This document shows, one piece after another, positions 18,170 to 27,652 of a DNA stretch of 64,000 nt. The number at the start of each line of letters is the position of its first letter. Positions within the stretch are counted from its first letter, which is position 1. The notes under the pieces are model-generated. The model saw only the letters and a list, made by a program, of their open reading frames with translations, did not search any database and was not told the DNA's origin. The stretch lies in the NCBI GenBank assembly GCA_048939245.1, contig JBHLPR010000004.1:15976-79975 (forward strand), given 5' to 3'. Origin of the DNA: Promethearchaeota archaeon. Its GTDB lineage: Archaea > Asgardarchaeota > Hermodarchaeia > Hermodarchaeales > Hermodarchaeaceae. Made by a program: the position numbers and the translations under genes.

Positions 18170-18928
18170 TTATAGATTTAATAGAAAGTCTTCGAGATCA
18201 TGCAAAGTTCCCGAACCATCGATTCGGTACTGAGACGCTTCAATACCATTCTTAGCTGAATTCCCGACTTCCTTGGAGAGAATGCCCAGTCTTCCTTTTT
18301 CTTGATCCAAATCAACAAGGAATGTTCGCAACCCCAGTTCTGATGCCGCCATATCGCTGATTGGGTCATTTCCAGCCATAATGCAATCTTCCGGTTTCTG
18401 CTGGATTATATCTAGTATGGCTTGATAATATTCTGGACGAGGCTTACAATAGGACATATTTTCAGCATGTGTCATTAAAGCGATATCCAAGTCTGAAAGA
18501 TTGGCCCAGCTGATACGGATTTTAGTGGCAATTTCAGGAAAGATGGGATTCGTGGCAATAACTATCTGATAGTCTTCGTTCAAGACGCGCTCAAGAAGGG
18601 TACGACCATAGGGGACAACACGGACAATGGATTTGAGTTGGTCAAAGGATTCTTCATAAAATTTCTGGAAGCGGTTAATACACTCATCATAGCTAAGCGC
18701 TGGCGTATCAGCGATGAAATCGTGTGTGAAAGCAGCGACATTGCTCATACGTCCATCGTTATGAATCATTCGGAGTGTTGATTGCAAGAGCTTCTGAAAG
18801 AAATTTGACTCATCGAAATAGTCTTTCAAATAGGGATACGCGAGTTGGGCGTAGGAGAGAAGAAAGTGGTCTTCATTGAAGAGAACTAAAGTATTGTCGA
18901 AGTCAATGAGTAGTGTTTTTATCGCCAA
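18170..18928 (-). CDS. HAD-superfamily hydrolase
   Basis: DFDNTL, ATNPIFP, CKP.PEYY, GND...DM. Confidence 0.85.
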   Translation of the reverse strand: MAIKTLLIDFDNTLVLFNEDHFLLSYAQLAYPYLKDYFDESNFFQKLLQSTLRMIHNDGRMSNVAAFTHDFIADTPALSYDECINRFQKFYEESFDQLKSIVRVVPYGRTLLERVLNEDYQIVIATNPIFPEIATKIRISWANLSDLDIALMTHAENMSYCKPRPEYYQAILDIIQQKPEDCIMAGNDPISDMAASELGLRTFLVDLDQEKGRLGILSKEVGNSAKNGIEASQYRIDGSGTLHDLEDFLLNL

Positions 18929-18983
18929 GGAGCTTGCCTCATTGCTTGCAGTTCTGCTTTTCTAATTTAATTTTCTTGATAAT

Positions 18984-19409
18984 CTATTGCTGCAAACCTT
19001 TGACATCAATTTTGAGTTTGGATGCAATATTCGCAATGAAATAGGATACTGCGTAGGGAAGGGCATTGTATTCCTCCTGAAATCCTTCGAAGCTGAGGGA
19101 GGCTATTCCCTCATGACCGATGACTCCAACGGCTCCTTGGTCAGTAATGAAGTATTTGATTTCAGCTAGTTGTCCATTTGCCTCGAGAAGGCTCTTGTAT
19201 AATTTTGATTTATCAATACTCTTCAAATCATCAACTTCAACGATTATGATAAAAAATCGCACCCATTTATCGCTGCGGTCAATAATGAGCAGGAAACGGC
19301 GATCGTCAATAGTATAGGGAAGAACGATTCGATCTTCAGCAGGAATGACACGATAGGTCAGATTCATTTCTTTAAGATAGCTTTCAATTGTCTCCATTGT
19401 TTTGGTCAT
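18984..19409 (-). CDS. YbjN-like (T3SS-chaperone fold) protein
   Basis: LY..LL.ANG.LAEIKYFI motif; size about 140 aa; paralog of the next gene. Confidence 0.65.
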   Translation of the reverse strand: MTKTMETIESYLKEMNLTYRVIPAEDRIVLPYTIDDRRFLLIIDRSDKWVRFFIIIVEVDDLKSIDKSKLYKSLLEANGQLAEIKYFITDQGAVGVIGHEGIASLSFEGFQEEYNALPYAVSYFIANIASKLKIDVKGLQQ

Positions 19410-19489
19410 ACTCGTTACCTCCAATGGAGTGAACCATCAAGGTTTCAGGCTAATAAAACGTTGCTTCGTTCGTTAAATTTCAGTCTAGC

Positions 19490-19954
19490 CTAGGAGTAGA
19501 AGGAAAGTTCGTCCTTGGTTGGTAACTTTAAGTGCAGATTCAATTTTTTTGCGATAACAGTGAGAAAATAGGTTATCCCATATGGAATAGCTCGAAATTC
19601 TTCGCGAAAGCCGTCCACCGTAAGTACCTTGACTCCTTCGTGTCCAACAATCCCCACGTCACCTTTCTCTGTGATGAAGTATTTGACCTCTGCAAGGTGC
19701 CCATTTGCCTTCAAAAGCTCCTGGTAAAGCTCTGTCCGTTTCTTCTCACTCGATATTCTTTCTGCTAGCATTATCAATACCCAAAACCGCAGAAACTGAC
19801 CTGAAACATCGATTATCACATTGAATTTCAAAGAATCCTTTGGCACAGAATAGGGAACCGTAATGCGATGAATCTCACCATTCACTGGTATCACCTCATA
19901 AGAGAGATTCATCGATTTTAGATAAGTCATAACACGGTCGAGGATTTCGGACAT
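19490..19954 (-). CDS. YbjN-like (T3SS-chaperone fold) protein, tandem paralog
   Basis: LYQELLKANGHLAEVKYFITEKGDVGIVGHEG is near-identical to the segment in 18984..19409. Confidence 0.65.
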   Translation of the reverse strand: MSEILDRVMTYLKSMNLSYEVIPVNGEIHRITVPYSVPKDSLKFNVIIDVSGQFLRFWVLIMLAERISSEKKRTELYQELLKANGHLAEVKYFITEKGDVGIVGHEGVKVLTVDGFREEFRAIPYGITYFLTVIAKKLNLHLKLPTKDELSFYS

Positions 19955-20033
19955 AACTGTGACTCCGAGAACTCCCAGTGTTTCAACTGAGCCTAAGCCC
20001 CTAGAAAAAACTATCTACCACTCATACAAGTGG

Positions 20034-20067
20034 AGAAAAAAGGAGAGGGAGGTGCGATGGGCACCTC
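20034..20067 (-). terminator. Hairpin plus pyrimidine tract after the MFS gene
   Basis: GAGGTGC-N5-GCACCTC (20049-67), followed on the minus strand by a C/T-rich tract. Confidence 0.5.
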
Positions 20068-20077
20068 GTTTGGTCGA

Positions 20078-21370
20078 TTAAGTGTTTTCAGCCATTTCTG
20101 CTTCTTCACCAGCTTCGCCACGTCTGACAAAGAACATAGCGATCAAGGCGATGATAAGGAAGAAGATGGCATATGGCCAAAGCAGTAACCATTTGGTAGC
20201 CAGTGTGAATCCAAAGTGTAGCACAAGAATGTCAGCGAGCAGACCGAAGACAATGGGTCCGACTGCTGCTGCAAATTGGCTTGACACATAGTAAATACCA
20301 GTATAGGCGCCTTGTTTCTTCCGACTCACTTCCCAGAGCATTACAATGCTATTGACATTTACGAAAGCCCAGAAGAAACCAGCCAGCCCTAGGCTCAGTA
20401 AGACCGTGATGAAGTCTTGCATAAATGGGACGATAATGAGGGTTATAATCATGCCAATGAGCCCTACCATTATCGTTCGTCGACGACCAAACTTGACAGC
20501 AATTAAACCGCCTGGAACTGCGAAGATCACGAAAACTAGCGCAAACAAAGTCATTGCTAGTGATGCAATATTTTCAGGCCAGAGAAGTGTGAACACACCA
20601 TATGAAGTAAACCAGGTTTCAAGAGTGTTGAAAGCAATAAACCATGCAAAGATGGCAATGAGGATACTGAGAATGGAACGATTACTGACCGCTTCTCGTA
20701 GTGCTTGTCGCAGAGGTTGATCTACCTTTTCTACTTCTTCAGGAATTTCAGGTTCACGAATCACCAGGACGAGGATAACTAATGCTAAAATCATGATGAG
20801 TGAAGTAACCCCGAAAGCAAGAATCGGGTTTATTTGATAGAGCATGGACCCAACCACGAAGGCAAATATTGAACCAACTCCACCCATGAGATTAATGATC
20901 CCATTCGCTGGACTTCGTTTTTCTGAGGGCGTAAAGTCAGGCATCATCGCGACAGTGGGAGCCCGGTAGATAGCCATGGAGATATCGAAGCCAAGGATGA
21001 GAATCACCAGCGATGCCAACCCAAACATTCCAGTGACAGTGGCAGCAATTGGCAGTCCAATGAAGAATGCAGCAGCCAGTGGGATGCCTATGATGAGAAA
21101 AGGCATCCGTCGACCAAAGCGGTTCCAAGTCTTATCAGAACGACTACCCATAATGGGGTTCATGAGAATTGCTACGAGATTGTCAATGCCCATGAAGAAC
21201 CCCGCCAGGGCAACCACAAAGGGAAAGGCAGGAATGGCACTTAGAATTGAGTTCTGAAGAAAGATTGGAATGTAGGAATTGAAAAGGGACCAGCTAATTG
21301 CGGTTGTGAAAAAACCGAGACCAATTAGAAAGATGGTTAGCCAGCTAAACTTTCTTTTTTCGGTACTCAT
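20078..21370 (-). CDS. MFS transporter (maltose/sucrose MalT/SLC45-like)
   Basis: G.RSDKTWNRFGRRMPF, PTVAMMPD.TPSEKRS.ANG.INLMGG; about 12 TM helices. Confidence 0.88.
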   Translation of the reverse strand: MSTEKRKFSWLTIFLIGLGFFTTAISWSLFNSYIPIFLQNSILSAIPAFPFVVALAGFFMGIDNLVAILMNPIMGSRSDKTWNRFGRRMPFLIIGIPLAAAFFIGLPIAATVTGMFGLASLVILILGFDISMAIYRAPTVAMMPDFTPSEKRSPANGIINLMGGVGSIFAFVVGSMLYQINPILAFGVTSLIMILALVILVLVIREPEIPEEVEKVDQPLRQALREAVSNRSILSILIAIFAWFIAFNTLETWFTSYGVFTLLWPENIASLAMTLFALVFVIFAVPGGLIAVKFGRRRTIMVGLIGMIITLIIVPFMQDFITVLLSLGLAGFFWAFVNVNSIVMLWEVSRKKQGAYTGIYYVSSQFAAAVGPIVFGLLADILVLHFGFTLATKWLLLWPYAIFFLIIALIAMFFVRRGEAGEEAEMAENT

Positions 21371-21529
21371 AGAATGACACACCTAATCTACTGAAGATGA
21401 TTGGAGCGGCAGAGTATCACTGTTAGAGTACATTCACCACTTAAGTGTGACAGGTTGATGGAAAATAGAATGAATAACGTCAGGCAAAAAAGAAGAGCAG
21501 GGGAAATAGTGTGCAAGCAGGTCAGTTGG

Positions 21530-21712
21530 TTATAGTCGAATTGCCCGCCCACAGTGGCGGCAGCGTGCCTGTTTGTCTTTTGAAAGAAGCCAGTAGTAGA
21601 GCTTACTCTTGATGAGGTTGAGTTGTCCACAGGCAGGACATGTGACGGCTTTGTGTGTCGAGCGCTTGGTAGTAGTTGCTGCGCTGGACTCAATCGCTGT
21701 CGTTTTAATCAC
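21530..21712 (-). CDS. Small zinc-ribbon protein
   Basis: CPACG...CRHCG pair; GTG start after AGGA. Confidence 0.65.
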   Translation of the reverse strand: MIKTTAIESSAATTTKRSTHKAVTCPACGQLNLIKSKLYYWLLSKDKQARCRHCGRAIRL

Positions 21713-22017
21713 TTCCTAATTTATCCTCAATTCTACCGCACGAAAGATGCTATTTAAACCCTTGGATTTCGGAATATAGCGACAATATTCCCTAAATCCC
21801 TTGAAATAGACATCAGACACTTAGTTAAGAGTTTTGAGCTGTTTAAGCTGATTTATAGGAGGATTAGGGGATTAAGGAATTCTAAAAGCTCATTTATATT
21901 AGCGGTAATACCCTAAGTGGTCCTTAATAACTGTGACAACTGACAACCGACGTGCTATTATACGGCATCAACAGGAATAACATCAACCCAACATGTTAGG
22001 TGGGAGAAAAGCCAATC

Positions 22018-22416
22018 ATGTCTCTAAGCGACAATCAATTAATCCAACGTGCGAAGGATGCTCAAACGCACGCATATGCTCCGTATTCAAAGTTTCGTGT
22101 CGGAGCTGCTTTACTTTCCGAGGATGACCGAGTTTTTACCGGTTGCAATGTTGAGAACTCGACATTCGGTGCAACGATTTGCGCTGAACGGACAGCAGTT
22201 TTTACTGCTGTATGTCAGGGTGTTCGGAGATTTACAAAAATAGTTATTGTTTCCGATAGTGACGAACCTGTGATGCCCTGCGGGATTTGCCGCAGCGTTC
22301 TGTACGAATTCTCTCCCGACATAGAAGTCATTGCCGTGGGATCCTCGGGTAAAGTGGAAACAACTAATCTTTCTCAGCTCTATCCGAAAGGGTTTCATCT
22401 TACACCTAAAAAATAG
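22018..22416 (+). CDS. cdd: Cytidine deaminase
   Basis: AYAPYSKFRVGAA, GCNVEN, CAER, PCGICR. Confidence 0.95.
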   Translation: MSLSDNQLIQRAKDAQTHAYAPYSKFRVGAALLSEDDRVFTGCNVENSTFGATICAERTAVFTAVCQGVRRFTKIVIVSDSDEPVMPCGICRSVLYEFSPDIEVIAVGSSGKVETTNLSQLYPKGFHLTPKK

Positions 22417-22434
22417 TAGAATAATATTCCCAGT

Positions 22435-22794
22435 TTAGGCATTACGTGTCATGACTTGTCGGATGTATTTAAAAACTAATACAAGAAGCTCATAGTCCAT
22501 TACCGGACCAAACGCAATGCGTTGGCTATCGTTGGGTTCCGCATAAAGGAAGACATTAGAATTCTTTTTGACGATAACACTGGCTTGATTGGCTTCAGCG
22601 TAAACATCCATACCTTGAAAGAATTGTTTTATATACCCGATGTCGAGGGGACGACTGATCTGTACGTTCGCATAACCTGATTCGGTACAATGTATTTTCA
22701 TTTTACCGAGGAAGAGGGCATCATCGGTAACGGCGGGCTCAGCCTCTTGTAAAAGGGAGATGAGGGTTTGTTTGACTAGATCTTTCCTCGTCAT
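22435..22794 (-). CDS. Hypothetical protein
   Basis: 119-aa ORF fills the intergenic gap; no motif recognised. Confidence 0.55.
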   Translation of the reverse strand: MTRKDLVKQTLISLLQEAEPAVTDDALFLGKMKIHCTESGYANVQISRPLDIGYIKQFFQGMDVYAEANQASVIVKKNSNVFLYAEPNDSQRIAFGPVMDYELLVLVFKYIRQVMTRNA

Positions 22795-22956
22795 CGTCTG
22801 TCCCGCCAGCTTATTCTAATCCAAATGTATTTGTATGCGTGTGTTTGCAACCAATTAAGTGTTCTCGTAGCTCATCAGTCGGTTTTTAATACAATAGTAT
22901 TATGCAGAGTCTCTGTAGAGTGCCTATTTAAGTTTTCAACATTAGGTGAAAAGATT

Positions 22957-23298
22957 ATGATTGCTGGTCGATTTGATGAACGCCCACAACAAGAGGTCAC
23001 GAAATATGGGTCAACAGGTACCACAGTTCGCTGGTTAATCAATCGAGATAATGGTGCCCGTACATTTGCTATGCGACGATTTATTGTACAACCTGGTGGC
23101 GAAATTCCTATTCACGAACATGAAGAGGATCATGAAATTTACATTCTCTCTGGTGAAGGTATAGCATTTACTCCAGATCAGGAAGCAACCCTTGAAGCCG
23201 ATATGTTCCTTTATGTTCCCCCTAAAGAGAAGCATGGTTACCGGAATACTGGAAAGAATCCCTTGGTCTTCATTTGCTTGATTCCATTATTAGATTGA
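22957..23298 (+). CDS. Cupin domain protein
   Basis: PGGEIPIHEHEEDHEIYILSGEG ... VPPKEKHGYRN; AGGTG RBS. Confidence 0.88.
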   Translation: MIAGRFDERPQQEVTKYGSTGTTVRWLINRDNGARTFAMRRFIVQPGGEIPIHEHEEDHEIYILSGEGIAFTPDQEATLEADMFLYVPPKEKHGYRNTGKNPLVFICLIPLLD

Positions 23299-23315
23299 GC
23301 CTATATTGAAAAGTC

Positions 23316-24182
23316 CTATCTGACCTTTTTTCGATAGCGATTTCCAGTAGGAGTATTTGCAAGACCACCTTGTGCAGTTTCTCGAAGACTTTCGGGGAGG
23401 GCTTCACCAACTTCCCCCATAGCATCAATCACTTCATCCACAGGAATTCGACTCTTTATGCCTGCAAGCGCAAGGTCTGCGGCAAGAATTGCTTGCATAA
23501 GCCCTCCAGCATTACGGAGAACGCAGGGAACTTCAACTAAGCCTGCAACGGGATCACAGACAAGCCCCAACATGTTACTCAGGCAGAGGGCTACTGCATG
23601 GCCAACCATGGTTGGGCTTCCCCTGGCGAGTTCGGTGAGGACACCTGCAGCCATAGCTGCCGCAACGCCACATTCCGCTTGACAACCTCCTTCCGCCCCA
23701 GATATGGAGGCATTAATTGAACAGACGATTCCGATACCAGCGGCAGTAAACAGTGCCGTAATAATGGACTCTTCTTTCACTTGAAGTCGTTCTTGAGCTA
23801 GCATCAGGGCTGCAGGAACAATTCCACAGCTTCCTGCTGTCGGACATGCCACAATACGTCCCATTGATGCATTGACTTCTGCCACACCTAAGGCTCGCGC
23901 AACAGCCCGGGTTACTGATGGGCTCAAATATTTGGATTCTCGTGAGAAAAAGAGCTTTCCATCACCCCCACTTAAGCCACTAACGGAATACACATCCTCA
24001 GTGACACCGCGCTCCATTGCCTGTTTCATAACCTCCCAAGAAATTACCATTTGTCCACGAATGGTATCAGGAGCCTCACCTTCTTGCTTTGCTTCCACAG
24101 CAAGGACAATTTCACCAATGGGCTTTTTCTCTCGCCCAGACATTTTGATAAGCTGTTTCATTGAATCATAGTACATTCTCAT
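23316..24182 (-). CDS. sdaAA: L-serine dehydratase, Fe-S dependent, alpha subunit
   Basis: EVNASMG.IVACPTAGSCG, SGAEGGCQAECG, LGLVCDPVAGLVEVPC, LRETA.GGLA.TPTG. Confidence 0.95.
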   Translation of the reverse strand: MRMYYDSMKQLIKMSGREKKPIGEIVLAVEAKQEGEAPDTIRGQMVISWEVMKQAMERGVTEDVYSVSGLSGGDGKLFFSRESKYLSPSVTRAVARALGVAEVNASMGRIVACPTAGSCGIVPAALMLAQERLQVKEESIITALFTAAGIGIVCSINASISGAEGGCQAECGVAAAMAAGVLTELARGSPTMVGHAVALCLSNMLGLVCDPVAGLVEVPCVLRNAGGLMQAILAADLALAGIKSRIPVDEVIDAMGEVGEALPESLRETAQGGLANTPTGNRYRKKVR

Positions 24183-24195
24183 TCACCTAATCGGG

Positions 24196-24879
24196 TCAAT
24201 AGATGGGAGGAATTAACCGCACAATCTGTGCTTCATTTTCCAGTTCAGCCAGTGCTTCAGGTGGGAGTGGTTGATCCATTTCTACTGCCATAGCAGCAAG
24301 CCCCCCGCGGTGTTGCCGGCTAACATGCATATTTGAGATATTGACTTTATTTTTCGCAATCACGGCAGTAGCCTTTGCTACAATGCCGGGTCGGTCGCTA
24401 TGTATAGAAATCAGGGTATGATATTCTCCAGAGAGGGTAATTGGCAGCCTGTTAATCTCAACAATGCTGATATTACCCCCGCCCACAGAAATCGCAGTGA
24501 TTTCAAAATGCGTTTTGCTGTCGCCTTCGATGAGAAGGCGAATTGTATTCGGATGGTAATCATCCCCCAAATCGACCTTTTGAAATTTAACAGCCATTCC
24601 CTTATCCTTAGCAAGTTCAAGTGAGGATTTAATTCGTTCATCAGCTGCATCAAAGCCCATTAATCCTGCAATCACTGCTTTGTCGGTTCCATGACCCTTT
24701 CCCGTTAAAGCATAGGAACCATGCAATTGGATAATGGCTTTTTTTACCGGCTCTCCCAGAATAGCACGGCTTATTTGCCCTATTCGAACAGCTGCTGCGG
24801 TGTGAGAACTGGATGGCCCAATCATTATGGGACCGATAACTTCGAAAACACTGTCAGCTTTGCCCATATACTCCACCAT
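24196..24879 (-). CDS. sdaAB: L-serine dehydratase, Fe-S dependent, beta subunit (with ACT domain)
   Basis: IGPIMIGPSSSHTA, GHGTD.A, HPNT, SVGGG, DRPG. Confidence 0.95.
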   Translation of the reverse strand: MVEYMGKADSVFEVIGPIMIGPSSSHTAAAVRIGQISRAILGEPVKKAIIQLHGSYALTGKGHGTDKAVIAGLMGFDAADERIKSSLELAKDKGMAVKFQKVDLGDDYHPNTIRLLIEGDSKTHFEITAISVGGGNISIVEINRLPITLSGEYHTLISIHSDRPGIVAKATAVIAKNKVNISNMHVSRQHRGGLAAMAVEMDQPLPPEALAELENEAQIVRLIPPIY

Positions 24880-24960
24880 CTATTGGTGGTTTCAGGCTTC
24901 TTCTTAAACGATTCGCCATACAGATGAAAACTGATTCTAAGTCTATGGATTTTGACAAAA

Positions 24961-25068
24961 TCCATTCGACTGATTGAAAACGCTGGATTTGAGCAGGTTC
25001 GAGTTGTAGAAAAATCCGCATCTGGTTACGTGGCTAGAGTAAGGGTGGAAGCGTGTAAACCCCCATAA
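24961..25068 (+). pseudogene. Remnant resembling the C-terminus of an ArsM-like SAM methyltransferase
   Basis: Translates SIRLIENAGFEQVRVVEKSASGYVARVRVEACKPP*. No catalytic core upstream (in-frame TGA at 24925). Confidence 0.45.
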
Positions 25069-25241
25069 TGGGCCCCGGATTTTTCGACTGTATTTTTTAA
25101 TTAGAGTTTTCTTCCTAGTGAACTGCATTCAATTGCGCTTCTTTTCCATTCACTAGCATAATGAAGGCTACAAAGTAGATAAAATTTAAAATCAGGAAAC
25201 CGACATCGAGTCCTTTCAAACTCCTGAAAAAACGATTTATC

Positions 25242-26072
25242 TTAGCCGATGATATGCGGTAAAGGTGTGATCATGAGGAAATACCAAATAAAGAAGCTAG
25301 TCAAGAAAAGACTTGTTAGGACGATAAGCCAGTCCTTTTCGACAAAGTCAGGGAAGGCGAGGAATGTTCGATTCGGGGCATAGCCAAAGCCTCGCCCATC
25401 CATGGCTAGAGTGAGGGCATCAACACGCCCCAATGCTGAAAATATGAGCGGCATGAAGGTATATTTAATTTGACGAAGGAATCCTCGAATAAGCCCTTGA
25501 TCAACAGGAATCCCCCGTGCCCGTTGGGCAGATTGAACGGTATTTGATTCTTCGTCAAAAAGGGGAACTAATCGTAAGGCGAGGACGAGAGTATACGCAT
25601 ATCGGTAGGGAATTCTAAGTTGGGTCAAGGCAGCGGCGAAGCGACTGGGATCGGTGGTGGCGACGAATAAGGCGCTTGCTGAAACGATGTTTATGAGACG
25701 AAATGCCAGATTGATGGTATTGGCGAATCCTAGGATAGTTATTGGGAAAAAAGGACCGAAGCCAGGTGCAAGGGGTGGTATAAGATGGAAGAGAACTGTC
25801 CCATAGGGTGTGAAGAGAAGTTGGACAAGTGCAATGAGAAGGATGAAGGTTAGGAGCCGTCGAAGTCGCCCAAAGGCGTAGCGTAGATTGATACCGGCAC
25901 CAATGTAGCCGAGGAGAAGAAAACCAAAGATACACAGGGAAATAATGTCGGAGACCAAGGTTACTGTGAGAATCACAATTAGGATTAAGACTGCGAATTT
26001 TGTCAAAGGGTTTAAACGGTGAACAAAGGAGTTCCGTTGAAGGTAGCCAAAGGAGGAAGTGCGCATCATCAT
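25242..26072 (-). CDS. ecfT: ECF transporter transmembrane T component
   Basis: HRLNPLTK, LALRLVP, AQRARG, AMDGRGF motifs. Confidence 0.92.
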   Translation of the reverse strand: MMMRTSSFGYLQRNSFVHRLNPLTKFAVLILIVILTVTLVSDIISLCIFGFLLLGYIGAGINLRYAFGRLRRLLTFILLIALVQLLFTPYGTVLFHLIPPLAPGFGPFFPITILGFANTINLAFRLINIVSASALFVATTDPSRFAAALTQLRIPYRYAYTLVLALRLVPLFDEESNTVQSAQRARGIPVDQGLIRGFLRQIKYTFMPLIFSALGRVDALTLAMDGRGFGYAPNRTFLAFPDFVEKDWLIVLTSLFLTSFFIWYFLMITPLPHIIG

Positions 26073-27652
26073 TTTTCAGAACCACCCTCCGTATTCGTTG
26101 CTCTGTGTCTTGGTTTTGTTTGTTCGAGCGTGGCAGTATATTCTAGGCCTTGTTTGACAGGGGCATCGATGAGTAGTTGACCATCAAAGAGGAATAATAG
26201 CCGTTGACAGTATGTTTCAGCGATAGCTGTGTCATGGGTAGCAATCAAAATGGTCGTACCTTGTAGAGCTTCTTGTTGAAGAACCGTCATCAAGCGATGA
26301 ACGTTGCGATAATCTTGTCCAATGAAGGGTTCATCCAAGAGGAGGAGTTGTGGGTTATGGAGCATAATGGAGGCGATGGTTAGGCGACGTTGTTCCCCTA
26401 AGCTTAGGGTATACGGTGACTGATCTTCGTAATCTAGAAGCTCAAAGATTTCTAGCAACTCCTTAGCTCGTTTTGATGCAGCTTGAGGCTCTGGAACCCC
26501 AAGATGTTTTGAAGCCAGAAGAACCTCTTCTTTTACAGTGGACGCAAAAAGTTGGTGAAGGGGATTTTGAAAAATGAAACCAATGTCGCGAGCTAGCTTC
26601 GAAACGGGTTGTTCATGGACATTTTGGTTTCTCAAATGAACTGTTCCCGAATCCGGTGTAAGAAGTCCCATGAGCTGAAATAAGAGGGTTGATTTTCCTG
26701 AGCCATTAGCTCCCATTAATGCGACCATTTCTCCTGGACGAAAAGACAGGGTAAGATGTTGAAGCGCTGGTTGGGTAAGCGATTTCTCTTCCATTTGCGG
26801 ATAAGTGAAGCTGAGATTTCGAATTTCTAAAAGGTTCTCTTCTGAGAGTTTCGTGGCTGATGACCTGTCTGAGTATGCGGATGGATGAAGAGCTACTCCC
26901 AAGTCCGTGAGTTTTTTGGATTGAGTTGAAAGCAGGTCTGAGGAGCCATCAAATGTAATCCAGCCTTTGTTCATAAGCAATATACGAGATGCAATTTTGA
27001 GAAAGGGTTGGATTCGATGTTCAATGACAAGGATTGTGATGCCTTGTTGATGGAGTTTTTGCATGACCTTGATGAGTTCGCTTGTGGTTTGAAAATCAAG
27101 TCTGGCTATTGGTTCATCAAAGATAAGAATAGGTGGTTGGAGCGCTAAAAAGGAGGCGATGACGACCTTCTGTTTTTCACCTCCTGAGAGGGTGTGAGTA
27201 TTACGGTTGTGAAGGTTTTCTGCATTAATTGCATTTAATGCCCAGCCAATTTGAGTTGCTATTGTCTCAGGAGGGTGCTGGAAGTTTTCAAGGCCAAAGG
27301 CGATTTCATTTGATACTTTGAGGGTGACAAGTTGGCTGTCAGGATCTTGTTGTATAAGGCTAATAGATTGGGCTAGGTGGGGAATGGAGTTGGATTTGGT
27401 GTCTTGATTTGCGATGCTAACAGTTCCCTCGAATTGACCGGGGTATTCATTGGGGATGAAGCCCGTTAAACAGCGGGCAAATGTGCTTTTTCCACTTCCA
27501 CTGGGTCCGGCAATAATGACGAATTCCCCTGCGAAGACGTCTAGATTGATTTCGTGGAGGGCTGGTAATTTATTGCCTTCGTAGGTGTATGTTAAATTAG
27601 AGATATGAATGAGGGGATCTTGTGAATTGATTGGGTTATTAGGTGATGACAA
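26069..27652 (-). CDS. ECF transporter fused double ATPase (A-A')
   Basis: Two ABC domains: GPSGSGKS/LSGGEKQ/FDEP and GANGSGKS/LSLGEQ/LDEP. TTG start inferred; the ORF is open from 27715. Confidence 0.9.
   Translation of the reverse strand: MSSPNNPINSQDPLIHISNLTYTYEGNKLPALHEINLDVFAGEFVIIAGPSGSGKSTFARCLTGFIPNEYPGQFEGTVSIANQDTKSNSIPHLAQSISLIQQDPDSQLVTLKVSNEIAFGLENFQHPPETIATQIGWALNAINAENLHNRNTHTLSGGEKQKVVIASFLALQPPILIFDEPIARLDFQTTSELIKVMQKLHQQGITILVIEHRIQPFLKIASRILLMNKGWITFDGSSDLLSTQSKKLTDLGVALHPSAYSDRSSATKLSEENLLEIRNLSFTYPQMEEKSLTQPALQHLTLSFRPGEMVALMGANGSGKSTLLFQLMGLLTPDSGTVHLRNQNVHEQPVSKLARDIGFIFQNPLHQLFASTVKEEVLLASKHLGVPEPQAASKRAKELLEIFELLDYEDQSPYTLSLGEQRRLTIASIMLHNPQLLLLDEPFIGQDYRNVHRLMTVLQQEALQGTTILIATHDTAIAETYCQRLLFLFDGQLLIDAPVKQGLEYTATLEQTKPRHRATNTEGGSEK

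Noticed and set aside
21789-21871. Imperfect long inverted repeat upstream of cdd
   Set aside because: Pairing is weak and gapped, not distinguishable from chance by eye.
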